Part shown: positions 63,925 through 64,000 of the stretch, piece by piece
How positions within the stretch are numbered: position 1 is the first letter of the stretch
How the letters are laid out: every line of letters begins with the position of its first letter
Assembly: GCA_036788815.1 (NCBI GenBank)
Contig: DAIQMS010000002.1
Location: 17,485 to 81,484 of the forward strand
Length of the DNA stretch: 64,000 bases
Reading direction: 5' to 3'
From: Bacillota bacterium
GTDB lineage: Bacteria > Bacillota_I > Bacilli_A > RFN20 > CAG-826
Notes under the pieces: generated by a model
Told to the model about the DNA's origin: nothing
What the model saw: the letters and a program-made list of their open reading frames with translations, nothing else
Database searches by the model: none
Translations under genes and position numbers: made by a program

Positions 63925-64000
63925 ATGAAGGGAACAGTTAAGATGTTCAACAAGGAGAAGGGTTACGGCTTCATCCACGGTGATGATGGCGTTGACTACT
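63925..64000 (+). CDS. cold-shock protein (CspA family), 5' partial at window end
   Basis: MKGTVKMFNKEKGYGFIHGDDGVDY matches the Csp RNP1 region. Truncated by the window edge. Confidence 0.7.
   Translation, partial: MKGTVKMFNKEKGYGFIHGDDGVDY

Overview
The window reads as a single dense bacterial chromosomal segment, about 55% GC, with TGA used as a stop codon and many SD-led genes. It shows Bacilli/Erysipelotrichia-type organisation, and its synteny blocks match Bacillus subtilis: dnaD-nth, recU, gpsB-rnpB, pgsA-cinA-recA-rny-ymdB-miaB and mnmG-rsmG-parA-parB. An Acholeplasma-like GT4 glycolipid synthase and an unusually large number of lipoproteins are also present. No transposases, integrases, phage genes or CRISPR arrays were seen. 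In order, the window contains: (1) an epimerase and a flavodoxin-ferredoxin fusion; (2) a pectin/unsaturated-uronate catabolic operon, kduD-like SDR, lipoprotein, small HTH protein, eda, kdgK, a GntR/FCD regulator and kduI; this faces a convergent operon encoding a PL9/DUF1565-like beta-helix lyase lipoprotein, a 1010-aa GLUG/beta-helix secreted protein and a lipoprotein, and the two promoter regions share a TTGTRC-N5-GCACA operator-like inverted repeat; (3) lipoprotein, metallophosphoesterase, flippase-like/GT4 glycolipid genes, recX and yhaM; (4) the most unusual locus, a SipW/Sec11-type signal peptidase homolog with an extra N-terminal TM region and a C-terminal coiled-coil tail of 11-aa tandem repeats, followed by three secreted proteins carrying SipW-cognate-type signal peptides, the last with a BspA-like LRR domain; this looks like an uncharacterised surface fibre or matrix system; (5) a HIT gene and two huge tandem lipoproteins; (6) the sufCDSUB operon, mnmG, rsmG, parAB and a hypothetical gene; (7) an FMN riboswitch upstream of the ribU ECF S-component; (8) ferredoxin, cmk, der, hup, a lipoprotein, a CCA-enzyme head-domain protein, dnaD, nth, recU, a KapD-like exonuclease, gpsB, RNase P RNA (type B), pgsA, cinA-C, recA, rny, ymdB, a miaB-ricA-like fusion, miaA, tcdA and fhs; (9) two tandem MacB-like fused ABC ATPase/FtsX-permease genes with very large extracytoplasmic domains; (10) the start of a cold-shock protein gene. 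Coordinates follow the supplied ORF track. Where my own reading of the sequence lines disagreed with the track by one base, the track was trusted.
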